This document shows positions 20,290-30,110 of a DNA stretch of 64,000 bases, piece after piece. Both the position numbers and the translations under genes were made by a program. The stretch covers positions 21,366 through 85,365 of the forward strand of contig JAGZJZ010000008.1 in assembly GCA_018365455.1 (NCBI GenBank). Reading direction: 5' to 3'. The notes under the pieces are model-generated. The model had not been told where the DNA came from and did not search any database. It was given only the letters and a program-made list of their open reading frames with translations. The stretch comes from Clostridiales bacterium. Lineage in GTDB: Bacteria; Bacillota; Clostridia; Lachnospirales; Lachnospiraceae. The first letter of the stretch is position 1; each line of letters opens with the position of its first letter.

Positions 20290-21531
20290 GTGGTATTTAA
20301 ACGCAGATGCTGGAAGAAAGGCTTTCCCCTAATTCTGATCACAGCCCTGATAACACAAACGTTTCCCATGAAAGTGGTTAGAGCCGAAGAGGCAGGTGGT
20401 GGTATCTGTTCCTGTGAACAGTGCAGCAGCATGAATGAGGAAAGAAAAGAAATATTAAGTGAGGATCCGGATGAGACAACGGATAATGAAATATGTGCTT
20501 GTAATGGAACGGAACTAGATCAGGGATGTGTCCGGTGTGGAGAAGGATGCACCTGTTGTAACAGGTATGAAGTGGCAGAAAATACGGTGTGCAATCATCA
20601 GCACGATGGGACTTGCGGGTATGCAGAAGCATTATCTGGGGTTCCCTGTGATATGGATTGCAAAGAGACAGATAGTGATGGCATGATAAAATATTGCCGG
20701 GAGTGCGGTTATTTGCCTGAAGCAAAAGAACAGCTATGTGTGCATGTACATGATGAAATGTGTGGATTTTATAAGGCAGTAACAGAAATTCAGCCGGAAG
20801 AAGTGACAGATGCATTAGAGAATATGTCAGAACTTTCGACGGAGCAGATTCTTAATGATGTGGAAGAGGTGACTGAGGATGAGAGAAAAACCATAGAAGA
20901 GACAAACGGGAATTCCCATACGGATTCAGAAACAGAAACAGAAGCTGAAAAGAGTTTAGAGACTGAGCCATGTACGGAAACAGAAAGTGACGTGCAGGAA
21001 GCTGGCAGTACAAAAGAAAAAAGTGAAATACCAGAAAAAGACAGTGCCCAACAGGAGTCAGAAGTACGAAATGAAGTGAAAGCGGCAAAGACCGAAACAG
21101 AGAAAATCACAGCGCAGGAATTAGATAGTAAAATAGAAAAGAAAAAAGAAGATGGCTCGTATGATATTCATTCGCCATACTATGCTATTAAAATACCTTC
21201 GGAAGTGATGATTAATGAAAGTACGGACTTTGAGATCGGGACCTCTTTTATAAAAGATGTGGAAGATAAAAAAGCATATCTTGAAATTGATGGGGACTGG
21301 GCAGATGATGAAACAGATTGCTTTGTTCTGATGCGGGACGGCGATGAAGATACAACCTGGAAATATCAATTATATATAGAAGGAAAGTTGATAAGTAAAG
21401 GGGATAATCGCATAGAGTTGGATCAGACGAAGGATAGCCAAAAGGCAAGGATTGTATCGCTGAATGAACAAGAGATCGTGCCGGCTGGGAAGTATCATGG
21501 TGGTTTGAGATTTAATGTAGTCTATGAATAA
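20290..21531 (+). CDS. secreted Cys-rich / acidic protein of unknown function
   Basis: Signal peptide ending '...VRA/EE'. An ~150-aa region carries about 30 Cys (CxC, CxxC), followed by an E/T/S-rich acidic linker. The C-terminal domain ends 'PAGKYHGGLRFNVVYE'. Confidence 0.5.
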   Translation: MVFKRRCWKKGFPLILITALITQTFPMKVVRAEEAGGGICSCEQCSSMNEERKEILSEDPDETTDNEICACNGTELDQGCVRCGEGCTCCNRYEVAENTVCNHQHDGTCGYAEALSGVPCDMDCKETDSDGMIKYCRECGYLPEAKEQLCVHVHDEMCGFYKAVTEIQPEEVTDALENMSELSTEQILNDVEEVTEDERKTIEETNGNSHTDSETETEAEKSLETEPCTETESDVQEAGSTKEKSEIPEKDSAQQESEVRNEVKAAKTETEKITAQELDSKIEKKKEDGSYDIHSPYYAIKIPSEVMINESTDFEIGTSFIKDVEDKKAYLEIDGDWADDETDCFVLMRDGDEDTTWKYQLYIEGKLISKGDNRIELDQTKDSQKARIVSLNEQEIVPAGKYHGGLRFNVVYE

Positions 21532-21559
21532 ATAATGTAAAATATAGGAGGAATTTATC

Positions 21560-22081
21560 ATGATGAAAAAAAGATTATTGGCGTTTGGGTTAGCTGGAGT
21601 TATGTTGATGGGGATGAGTATGAATGTGTTTGCGGAAACCGGTAATGTAACACAAAGTGAAGGAAATGCATCTAGAGAGGCAATAGTTAAAGGTGTTGTA
21701 CCGGAGACATATACAATAATTATTCCGGCAGAATTTACAGATGAGGACACTAATCTAGTACTTGATGCAAAAGATATAAATTTAGCTGAAGGATCAACTG
21801 TTTTGGTAAAAGCTACTACTGCTCAAATAGAAATGAGTTTAAAAGATAAAGACGCTCCTAGTGATTCTGAAAAATATAAAATGGGATTACAAATGAATTC
21901 TAGTGATGTAACTACATCTACTGAACTGTTAAAACTTGAAAGTACTGATACTACAACAAAACAGTCTACAATAAGTGCTAATTTATCAGCAGATGCTAAA
22001 AAGGATAAGAAAGCTGGTAAGTATTTAGGGAGTTTGACATTTAGTATAACTTATACAGGGAATAATACATGGAATGATTAA
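21560..22081 (+). CDS. secreted protein of unknown function (shares C-terminal motif with two upstream genes)
   Basis: Signal peptide 'MMKKRLLAFGLAGVMLMGMSMNVFA'. The C-terminus 'KAGKYLGSLTFSITY' matches the neighbours. The gene and its 3' flank are markedly AT-rich. RBS 'aggagg'. Confidence 0.55.
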   Translation: MMKKRLLAFGLAGVMLMGMSMNVFAETGNVTQSEGNASREAIVKGVVPETYTIIIPAEFTDEDTNLVLDAKDINLAEGSTVLVKATTAQIEMSLKDKDAPSDSEKYKMGLQMNSSDVTTSTELLKLESTDTTTKQSTISANLSADAKKDKKAGKYLGSLTFSITYTGNNTWND

Positions 22082-22310
22082 TGTAGGAGCATTTAAAATG
22101 GTATTTTATTTTAAATTATAAATGTTTATAAGATTTCAGGGCATTATGAAGTAGTTGGTTAATCATCTATAGAGTAATGCTCCTTTCTTATGCAAAAAAT
22201 TTTCCCAAAAAACAACGTTACATATCCCCCAAAGTATGCTATACTATCATCGAAGATTCTACTCGGGTCAATGACCTGCTGGAAAGAAAAAATATAGCAG
22301 AGGTGCAAAG

Positions 22311-23006
22311 ATGAAGAGAGTATTACTGAAACTCAGCGGCGAAGCGTTAGCCGGAAGTAAGAAAACAGGGTTTGATGAGCCAACCGTAACAGAAGTGGCG
22401 AATCAGGTAAAGCAATTAGTAGATGATGGTATTGAAGTTGGAATCGTAATTGGCGGTGGTAATTTCTGGAGAGGTCGTTCCAGTGAGACAATTGACCGCA
22501 CGAAGGCAGACCAGATCGGGATGCTGGCAACTGTTATGAATTGTATTTATGTTTCAGAAATTTTCCGTTCCGTTGGAATTATGACACAGATTTTAACGCC
22601 ATTTGCATGCGGTTCTTTTACAAAGCTATTCTCCAAGGATCGTGTGAATAAATATTTTGAAAAAGGAGTTGTTTCTTTCTTTGCGGGAGGAACCGGACAT
22701 CCTTATTTTTCAACTGATACTTCAACCGTACTCCGTGCCGTTGAAATTGAAGCAGATGTGATTCTGCTGGCAAAGGCTGTAGACGGTGTTTATGACAGCG
22801 ATCCAAAGGACAACCCGAATGCTAAGAAATACGATGAGATTTCCATTCAGGATGTAATTGACCAGAAACTGGCTGTTGTGGACATGACGGCATCCATTCT
22901 CTGTATGGAGAATAAAATGCCAATGCTTGTATTTGGCTTAAACGAGAAGGACAGCATTGTGAATGCCGCAAAAGGGAAGATTACAGGTACAAGAGTAACT
23001 GTATAA
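22311..23006 (+). CDS. pyrH: UMP kinase
   Basis: 'VLLKLSGEAL' and 'GGGNFWRG' motifs are present. Confidence 0.9.
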   Translation: MKRVLLKLSGEALAGSKKTGFDEPTVTEVANQVKQLVDDGIEVGIVIGGGNFWRGRSSETIDRTKADQIGMLATVMNCIYVSEIFRSVGIMTQILTPFACGSFTKLFSKDRVNKYFEKGVVSFFAGGTGHPYFSTDTSTVLRAVEIEADVILLAKAVDGVYDSDPKDNPNAKKYDEISIQDVIDQKLAVVDMTASILCMENKMPMLVFGLNEKDSIVNAAKGKITGTRVTV

Positions 23007-23110
23007 TTATCACAGGCTAAAACAGTACTACAACCACAGCTGTTAAAAAATGTGTATTAAATTCAACTAAAAGTATAAAGTAAAATATAAAAAATCAGGA
23101 GGAATGAAAA

Positions 23111-23662
23111 ATGGATGAAAGAATTAAGTTATACGACACAAAAATGACAAAATCTTATGATAACCTGTTATCAGAGTTTGGAGCGATCAGAGCCGGACGT
23201 GCGAATCCACATGTATTGGATAAGATTAAGGTAGATTATTACGGAACCCCGACACCCCTTCAGCAGGTTGGTAATATTACCGTTCCGGAAGCCAGAATGA
23301 TTCAGATTCAGCCTTGGGATGCAACCCTTGTTAAGGCTATTGAAAAAGCAATCATGACTTCTGATCTTGGAATTAATCCGAATAATGACGGTAAGATAAT
23401 TCGCCTTGTATTCCCGGAATTAACGGAAGAACGCAGAAAAGAACTGGTTAAAGATGTGAAGAAAAAAGGTGAAGCTGCTAAGGTTGCAATCCGTAACATT
23501 CGCCGTGACGCAAATGATGCATTTAAGAAACTTGCGAAAGAGGATGTGTCTGAGGATGAAATCAAAGAGTTAGAAGACAAAACTCAGAAAATGACAGATA
23601 AATATATCAAGGAAGTGGACAAAGCAGTTGAAGAAAAGTCCAAAGAAATCTTAACGGTTTAA
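23111..23662 (+). CDS. frr: ribosome recycling factor
   Basis: 183 aa with the conserved Frr sequence 'RAGRANP..LD.I.VDYYG'. Confidence 0.9.
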   Translation: MDERIKLYDTKMTKSYDNLLSEFGAIRAGRANPHVLDKIKVDYYGTPTPLQQVGNITVPEARMIQIQPWDATLVKAIEKAIMTSDLGINPNNDGKIIRLVFPELTEERRKELVKDVKKKGEAAKVAIRNIRRDANDAFKKLAKEDVSEDEIKELEDKTQKMTDKYIKEVDKAVEEKSKEILTV

Positions 23663-23686
23663 TTATTATAATTTTATAAATAATAG

Positions 23687-23717
23687 AAGGGGGCTTCTTG
23701 ACAGTCCCCTTTTTTGT
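23687..23717 (+). terminator. putative rho-independent terminator after frr
   Basis: Stem agggg/cccct followed by TTTTTT. Confidence 0.4.
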
Positions 23718-23793
23718 GATATGATGGAAAAAGGTCTATAAATGGCAGGTTCGAGCTGTCCTGTGATGGATAGGCGCAGGAGGGAGAATAAAT

Positions 23794-24501
23794 ATGGCAA
23801 TACCACAGCATGTGGCAATTATATTGGATGGAAATGGAAGATGGGCGAAAAGCAAAGGAATGCCCAGAAACTACGGGCATGTAAGAGGTGCAAAGAACCT
23901 GGAGGTTATTTGCGAGGACGCTTATAATATGGGAATTAAATATCTGACGGTATATCTGTTTTCAACTGAGAACTGGAACCGTCCAAGCGAAGAGGTGTCT
24001 TCTCTTATGAAGCTGTTTCGCAGTTATACGAAGACCTGTATTAAGACTGCTCAGAAAAATAATATGAAGGTGCGAATGTTGGGAGATCCCTCAGCATTAG
24101 ATCCGGATTTACAGGCTAGTATGCGGTCTTTGCAGGAGACATCAAAAAATAATACAGGACTGAATTTTCAAATTGCCATTAACTACGGAAGCCGTGATGA
24201 AATTGTACGTGCAATCCGCAATTTAGCGCAGGACTGTAAAGATGGAAAAGTAAAGGTTCCGGATATTACAGAGGATGTTTTTTCTGATTATCTGGATACG
24301 AAAGGAATACCGGATCCGGATCTTCTGATTCGTACCAGCGGAGAACTCAGGCTTTCTAATTATCTGATGTGGCAGCTGGCATATACGGAGTTTTATTTTA
24401 CAGATGTTCCATGGCCGGCATTTAATAAAGAAGAGCTGATGAAAGCGATTGACAAATTCAATGGCAGAGATCGGCGGTTCGGGGGCGTGAAGGAGGATTA
24501 A
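23794..24501 (+). CDS. uppS: isoprenyl transferase (undecaprenyl-diphosphate synthase)
   Basis: 'HVAIILDGNGRWAK' and the UPP synthase fold signature. Confidence 0.9.
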   Translation: MAIPQHVAIILDGNGRWAKSKGMPRNYGHVRGAKNLEVICEDAYNMGIKYLTVYLFSTENWNRPSEEVSSLMKLFRSYTKTCIKTAQKNNMKVRMLGDPSALDPDLQASMRSLQETSKNNTGLNFQIAINYGSRDEIVRAIRNLAQDCKDGKVKVPDITEDVFSDYLDTKGIPDPDLLIRTSGELRLSNYLMWQLAYTEFYFTDVPWPAFNKEELMKAIDKFNGRDRRFGGVKED

Positions 24502-24503
24502 CC

Positions 24504-25310
24504 ATGTTTGTGACGAGGCTCATAAGTGGTATTGTGTTGGTGCTGATTGCGCTGCTGACTATTATCTCAGGGGGATATGTGCTGTTTGTAACGTTACTTC
24601 TGATATCTCTGATCGGTTTGAATGAACTTTACAGAGCGATGAATGTGGAATCCGAGCAGACCCATGGACTGGCATTGGTCGGTTATATCGGAACAGTTGG
24701 TCACTATTTCATGTTACTTTTTGGATTTGAAGCATATAGTATGATAGGGCTGATTTTTCTGCTGGTGGCATTTATGTTTGTCTATGTGTTTACTTTCCCC
24801 AAATATAAGGCAGAGCAGGTTATGGCTGGATTTTTTGGCGTAGCCTATGTATCTGTGATGCTGTCCTATATTTTTCAGACGAGAAATCTCCAGGATGGTG
24901 CATTTATCGTATGGCTGATTTTCCTGTGTTCCTGGGGATGCGATACCTGTGCTTACTGTGTAGGGGTATTAATTGGAAAGCATAAAATGTCTCCGAAGTT
25001 AAGTCCGAAAAAATCCATAGAAGGGGCAGTTGGCGGAGTGGTCGGCGCTGCACTTCTGGGAGCAGTTTATGCTGCTGTAATTGGTAAATATCTGGAGGCA
25101 CAGAATCAGATTGCAGTCTATGCGGTGATCTGCGGAATTGGCGCATTGATTTCCATGGTGGGCGACCTGGCTGCTTCTGCTATTAAGAGAAACCATGATA
25201 TCAAGGATTACGGCAAGCTGATACCGGGGCATGGCGGAATATTAGACCGCTTTGACAGTGTGATTTTTACGGCTCCGGTTATTTACTTTTTAGCAACACT
25301 TTTTAATTAA
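24504..25310 (+). CDS. cdsA: phosphatidate cytidylyltransferase
   Basis: Polytopic membrane protein with the C-terminal CTP-transferase signature 'PGHGGILDRFDS'. Confidence 0.85.
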   Translation: MFVTRLISGIVLVLIALLTIISGGYVLFVTLLLISLIGLNELYRAMNVESEQTHGLALVGYIGTVGHYFMLLFGFEAYSMIGLIFLLVAFMFVYVFTFPKYKAEQVMAGFFGVAYVSVMLSYIFQTRNLQDGAFIVWLIFLCSWGCDTCAYCVGVLIGKHKMSPKLSPKKSIEGAVGGVVGAALLGAVYAAVIGKYLEAQNQIAVYAVICGIGALISMVGDLAASAIKRNHDIKDYGKLIPGHGGILDRFDSVIFTAPVIYFLATLFN

Positions 25311-25412
25311 GAATCAGAGACTGTTTGAAATAGTGCCTGCTCAGATGAGGCGGGCAGATTACGGAAATGATTTTTCAAACGCACTCTGGGAAAGAACAAG
25401 AGAGGATTTTTT

Positions 25413-26555
25413 ATGAAGACGATAGCGGTGTTAGGATCCACAGGTTCTATTGGAACCCAGACATTAGAAGTAGTAAGGGAAAATAATGACTTGCAGGTTG
25501 CTGCGTTGGCAGCAGGCAGTAATATTGTGCTTTTGGAAAAACAAATTCGGGAATTTAAGCCAAAGGCAGCAGCAGTCTGGGATGAAAAATCCGCTTCGGA
25601 ATTAAGGGAATCCATAAAAGACCTGGATGTAAAAGTTGTAAGCGGCATGGAGGGATTAATTGAAATCTCTACACTGCAGGAGGTAGAGATTCTGGTCACT
25701 GCCATCGTGGGGATGATTGGAATACTGCCCACAATTGAAGCAATTAAGGCGAAAAAAGACATTGCACTGGCGAATAAGGAGACTTTGGTAACGGCAGGAC
25801 ATATTATTATGCCTCTGGCAGAAGAACGGGGTGTGCGGATTTTGCCTGTGGACAGTGAACACAGCGCTATTTTCCAGTCTCTAAACGGTGAGAATCCAAA
25901 AAGAATCGGTAAAATACTTTTGACGGCATCAGGCGGTCCTTTCCGTGGGAAAACGAAATCATTTTTAGAAAAAGTCCGGCTGGAAGATGCTTTGAAGCAT
26001 CCAAACTGGGCAATGGGACAGAAAATTACCATAGACTCGGCAACATTGGTAAATAAAGGTTTGGAAGTTATGGAAGCCAAGTGGTTGTTTGGAGTAGATT
26101 TGGATAAAATACAAGTAGTGATACAGCCGCAGAGTATCATCCATTCCATGGTGGAATATGTAGACGGAGCGATTATGGCAGAACTGGGAACACCGGATAT
26201 GAAGCTGCCGATACAATATGCCCTTTACTATCCGGATCGTAAGTATCTGGGTGGAGAACGGGTGGATTTTTGGAAGTTATCACAGATTACCTTTGAAAAA
26301 CCGGATATGGATACCTTTCTTGGATTGCCGCTGGCATTTCAGGCATCGAAAGCAGGTGGTTCTATGCCGACGGTATTCAATGCAGCCAACGAGCGTGCAG
26401 TCAGTAAATTTTTACATAAGGAAATCCGTTTCCTGGATATTTATGATATCATTATGTACTGTATGGAGGAACATAAGACCATCCAGAATCCAACTGTGGA
26501 AGAGATACTGGCTACGGAACAGGCAACTTATGAATTGATTGAAAGCAGGTGGTAG
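25413..26555 (+). CDS. dxr: 1-deoxy-D-xylulose 5-phosphate reductoisomerase
   Basis: 'LGSTGSIGTQTL' NADPH-binding motif, and 'ANKE' and 'DSEHSAIFQ' motifs are present. Confidence 0.9.
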   Translation: MKTIAVLGSTGSIGTQTLEVVRENNDLQVAALAAGSNIVLLEKQIREFKPKAAAVWDEKSASELRESIKDLDVKVVSGMEGLIEISTLQEVEILVTAIVGMIGILPTIEAIKAKKDIALANKETLVTAGHIIMPLAEERGVRILPVDSEHSAIFQSLNGENPKRIGKILLTASGGPFRGKTKSFLEKVRLEDALKHPNWAMGQKITIDSATLVNKGLEVMEAKWLFGVDLDKIQVVIQPQSIIHSMVEYVDGAIMAELGTPDMKLPIQYALYYPDRKYLGGERVDFWKLSQITFEKPDMDTFLGLPLAFQASKAGGSMPTVFNAANERAVSKFLHKEIRFLDIYDIIMYCMEEHKTIQNPTVEEILATEQATYELIESRW

Positions 26556-27588
26556 ATTGAAAATCGTTATTGCTATTTTAATATTTAGTATTATCATTAT
26601 TATCCATGAGCTGGGACATTTTATTCTGGCGAAATTAAATGGAATCACCGTTACAGAATTTTCAGTGGGTATGGGACCCAGACTGGTAAGCACCACAAAA
26701 GGTGAAACCAGGTATTCCCTGAAACTACTTCCCTTTGGCGGTTCTTGTATGATGCTTGGGGAAGACGAGGCTGCGGGTGATGATGGGTCTTTTGGCAGTA
26801 AATCCGTTTGGGCGAGGATTTCTGTTATCGCTGCAGGTCCGATCTTTAACTTTATTTTAGCCTTTGTGCTGGCGTTGTTTATCATCGGCAGCATTGGCCA
26901 TGATTCACCTGTAGTAGGTGCCGTTACAAAAGGCTTTCCTGCCGCAGAAGCCGGGTTAAAAGAAGGCGATGTTATAACTAAGATGAACAACAAGAATATA
27001 AGAGTTTCCAGGGAAATCAATAATTATGTCACCTTTAACCAGGGTAAACCGGTAACGCTTACTTATGAACGGAATGGGGAAAGTCATACCGTTCAGATGA
27101 CACCTGAAAAGACGGACAGCGGCAGATACGTATTCGGCATTACTCCGGCGGGAACCAGAGTAAAAGGGAATCCACTAAGCACCCTGAAGTACAGTGCGTA
27201 TGAGGTAAAGTATTGGATCGATACCACGATTGGAAGTCTGAAGATGCTTGTCAGAGGTCAGGTAGGTATTAACGATATGTCAGGACCGGTAGGCGTGGTA
27301 ACTATTATTGGAGATACTTACGAAGAAAGCGCCAAAGAGGGCGGCGGTTTTCTGGTTTGGCTGAATATGCTGAACATTTCCATATTATTAACTGCCAATC
27401 TTGGAGTCATGAATCTGCTTCCACTTCCTGCTTTAGATGGAGGCAGGCTTGTGTTTTTAATTCTGGAAGCTATCCGGGGAAAACGGATCAGCCCGGAAAA
27501 AGAAGGCATGGTGCATTTTATTGGACTAATGGCGCTTATGGTTCTGATGGTAGTCGTTATGTTCAATGATGTTATGAAAATTCTGTAA
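26539..27588 (+). CDS. rseP: RIP metalloprotease (site-2 protease, PDZ-containing)
   Basis: 'HELGHF' zinc motif, an internal PDZ region and C-terminal 'LLPLPALDGG' (LDG motif). Confidence 0.85.
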   Translation: MKAGGRLKIVIAILIFSIIIIIHELGHFILAKLNGITVTEFSVGMGPRLVSTTKGETRYSLKLLPFGGSCMMLGEDEAAGDDGSFGSKSVWARISVIAAGPIFNFILAFVLALFIIGSIGHDSPVVGAVTKGFPAAEAGLKEGDVITKMNNKNIRVSREINNYVTFNQGKPVTLTYERNGESHTVQMTPEKTDSGRYVFGITPAGTRVKGNPLSTLKYSAYEVKYWIDTTIGSLKMLVRGQVGINDMSGPVGVVTIIGDTYEESAKEGGGFLVWLNMLNISILLTANLGVMNLLPLPALDGGRLVFLILEAIRGKRISPEKEGMVHFIGLMALMVLMVVVMFNDVMKIL

Positions 27589-27717
27589 TAGGAAAAGTTT
27601 CGATAATTGATAAATGTATTGTGAACAATGTCTGTCTGATTATCGCAGGATTTTGATTGAAAAATTTAAAGAGCCTGCCTGATTATTACAGGATATTTGT
27701 TTCATGATAACAGTGCT

Positions 27718-27764
27718 TAAGCTGCGAAATGGAGGATCATAAACCTTTTTTCGCAGCTTTTTCC
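27718..27764 (+). terminator. rho-independent terminator after rseP
   Basis: 10-bp stem agctgcgaaa/tttcgcagct followed by TTTT. Confidence 0.55.
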
Positions 27765-27855
27765 GGTATTGTTTACAAGGCGGACAGCGAATATCGTATA
27801 CATATAGAAAATTTCTGCATATACTATAGATGACAGGATATTTGCGAGGTCAGGC

Positions 27856-29124
27856 ATGTCAAATAATTTAATCAAAGCCATGCAGCAGGACACCCCGTCC
27901 CGGGGGCGTTTACAGATACGTGTACTGTCAAACCAGCGTGCCACGCCGGTTGCAGACGCGACGATAGATATCTCTTATTCAGGAGACCCGGAAAGTACAG
28001 TAGAAAAAGTTTCAACAGACAGTACAGGTCAGACGGCAGCTATAGAATTGGCAACGCCGCCTCTGGAATACAGTCTTGCACCATCGGAGACACAGCCCTA
28101 TTCGGAGTATACCCTTCGGATTACTGCGGAAGGATTTGAGACAATTACGATTAATGGTACGGAAATTCTGGCGGATCAGGTGGCATTGCAGGAAGTGCGG
28201 CTGCGTCCTCTGGCTGGAAATGAGGGGATTGATACAATCGTAATTCCGGCACATACGCTTTACGGTAACTATCCCCCTAAGATTGCGGAAGCCGAAATCA
28301 AGCCCGTGAACCAGATTGGGGAGATTGTTTTAAGCCGGGTTGTTATTCCGGAATTTGTGGTGGTGCATGACGGCTCCCCGCGGGATACAACAGCAACGGA
28401 TTACTACATTCGATACAAAGATTATATTAAAAATGTAGCGTCCAGTGAGATCTATGCAACCTGGCCAAGGGCTACAATTGAAGCGAATGTACTTGCTATT
28501 ATGTCCTTTACGTTAAACAGAGTTTATACGGAATGGTACCGGAACAAAGGATTTGATTTCACCATTACTTCATCAACAGCATTTGACCATAAATGGATCT
28601 ATGGCAGAAATATATTTGAGAGTATTTCGGAAGTAGTGGATGATGTATTCAGTAATTACCTTTCCAGGCCAAATGTAAAACAGCCAATTCTGACACAGTA
28701 TTGTGATGGACAGAGAGTCCAGTGTCCAAACTGGATGACCCAGTGGGGTTCCAAGACGCTTGGAGACCAGGGCTATACGCCTATTGAAATACTTCGTTAT
28801 TACTATGGTGAAAGTATGTATATTAATAGTGCGGAAGAAATCGCGGGAGTTCCATCATCCTGGCCGGGCTACAGCCTGGACATCGGGTCCAGCGGCGATA
28901 AAGTAAGGCAGATTCAGGAACAGTTAAATGCCATTTCCAATGCGTATCCACTGATTCCGAAAATTGCAGTGGACGGCATTTATGGAGAAGGTACACAGAA
29001 TGCAGTACGGGTATTCCAGGATGTTTTCGGTTTGCCGGAAACAGGGATTGTTGATTATAGAACATGGTATAAGATTCAGGAGATTTTTGTAGGAGTTACC
29101 AGGATAGCGGAATTAAATCCGTAA
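27856..29124 (+). CDS. peptidoglycan-binding-domain protein (putative cell-wall-active enzyme; N-terminal CarboxypepD_reg-like beta domain)
   Basis: C-terminal PG_binding_1-like region 'GSSGDKVRQIQEQLN...DGIYGEGTQNAVRVFQDVFGLPETGIVDYRTWYKI'. The N-terminus 'RLQIRVLS...ATIDISY' resembles a CarboxypepD_reg-like domain. The central domain was not recognized. Confidence 0.5.
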   Translation: MSNNLIKAMQQDTPSRGRLQIRVLSNQRATPVADATIDISYSGDPESTVEKVSTDSTGQTAAIELATPPLEYSLAPSETQPYSEYTLRITAEGFETITINGTEILADQVALQEVRLRPLAGNEGIDTIVIPAHTLYGNYPPKIAEAEIKPVNQIGEIVLSRVVIPEFVVVHDGSPRDTTATDYYIRYKDYIKNVASSEIYATWPRATIEANVLAIMSFTLNRVYTEWYRNKGFDFTITSSTAFDHKWIYGRNIFESISEVVDDVFSNYLSRPNVKQPILTQYCDGQRVQCPNWMTQWGSKTLGDQGYTPIEILRYYYGESMYINSAEEIAGVPSSWPGYSLDIGSSGDKVRQIQEQLNAISNAYPLIPKIAVDGIYGEGTQNAVRVFQDVFGLPETGIVDYRTWYKIQEIFVGVTRIAELNP

Positions 29125-29382
29125 TGGGTTAACAGATAAGGAATCATGGTAAATAGTGGAAGTGTGTTTGATAAGAGAGTAACAATTTCTTTCAAACATG
29201 CTTTTACTATTTTTTTGGTAACATACATAAAAAGTAATGGTTTTAGAGATATCATAAAATATTGGATTTTTGGCATTTTCCCCTTACATTGGAGACATTT
29301 TAGAGATATTTTAGAGATTCGATTGTTATTGTTTTTAGGAAGACGTAACTAATAAATATTGTAATCAGGCAAAGGAGATAGT

Positions 29383-29979
29383 ATGAGGAAAAACAAATTT
29401 ATTGCAATTGGAATACTGACACTGGGGCTGGCGCTGGCAGGATGCAATGGTGCAGAATCGGCAGGAGAGACAAGTGGAGCAAATGAGACAGCAGGAGCAC
29501 TTGGAGAGACAAGTGGAGCAGGAAAAAATTCAGATGCACCAGAAGGGACAGGAGGAGCAGTTGAATCGGCAGAAAAGCCAAGCACAAAGCAAGCCATGGG
29601 CTCAAGTTCCAACGAACCATATGTGGCAACTGAGGGGAGTGTAGAACTTGAAAAAAGCCAGAAAAGCAGCGCATCCGGCTCAGAATTAAAAGGGACGATT
29701 GCATCTATGGACGGCTATAAAATTACGATTGACGAATTGGGTGCAGCAGCAAACGCAGATGGTTCTTTTTCCGCAGGAAATACTGGTAATATGAAAAATT
29801 TGGAGTATACAGATAATACCAAATTTACAGTAAGGACGAAAAGCGAGGATGGACAATCCAGTGACCCTGTAGAAGGGAGCAGTTCTGACCTTGAGTTGGA
29901 TGCGCTGCTGATTGTTAAGGGAGAACTAAAAGATGATGTGCTGATTGCATCAGAAATAGAAATTGTCAAAGAAAAATAA
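29383..29979 (+). CDS. repetitive lipoprotein of unknown function
   Basis: Lipobox 'LALAGCNG'. Short repeats 'GETSGANETAGALGETSGAG' are present. RBS 'aaaggaga'. Confidence 0.55.
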   Translation: MRKNKFIAIGILTLGLALAGCNGAESAGETSGANETAGALGETSGAGKNSDAPEGTGGAVESAEKPSTKQAMGSSSNEPYVATEGSVELEKSQKSSASGSELKGTIASMDGYKITIDELGAAANADGSFSAGNTGNMKNLEYTDNTKFTVRTKSEDGQSSDPVEGSSSDLELDALLIVKGELKDDVLIASEIEIVKEK

Positions 29980-30110
29980 AAGGGAAGAGATGGGAAATAA
30001 AAAAATTAAAGAGAATTCGTTTAAGTTTAATGCAAATATCAGGAGGCGTGGCGTAACAGGCTGCGCCTCCTGTTATGATGGAGATAAACGTATATCAGGT
30101 CCGGTAGAAA

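Noticed and set aside
20378-21750. Multiple minus-strand ORFs across the Cys-rich and acidic protein gene
   Set aside because: They are antisense to an E/T/S-rich low-complexity coding region and lack RBSs. They are typical shadow ORFs.
29349-29969. Minus-strand ORFs antisense to the repetitive lipoprotein gene (29349..29612, 29399..29704, 29715..29969)
   Set aside because: They are antisense reflections of a low-complexity repeat region. The + strand gene has a signal peptide, a lipobox and an RBS.
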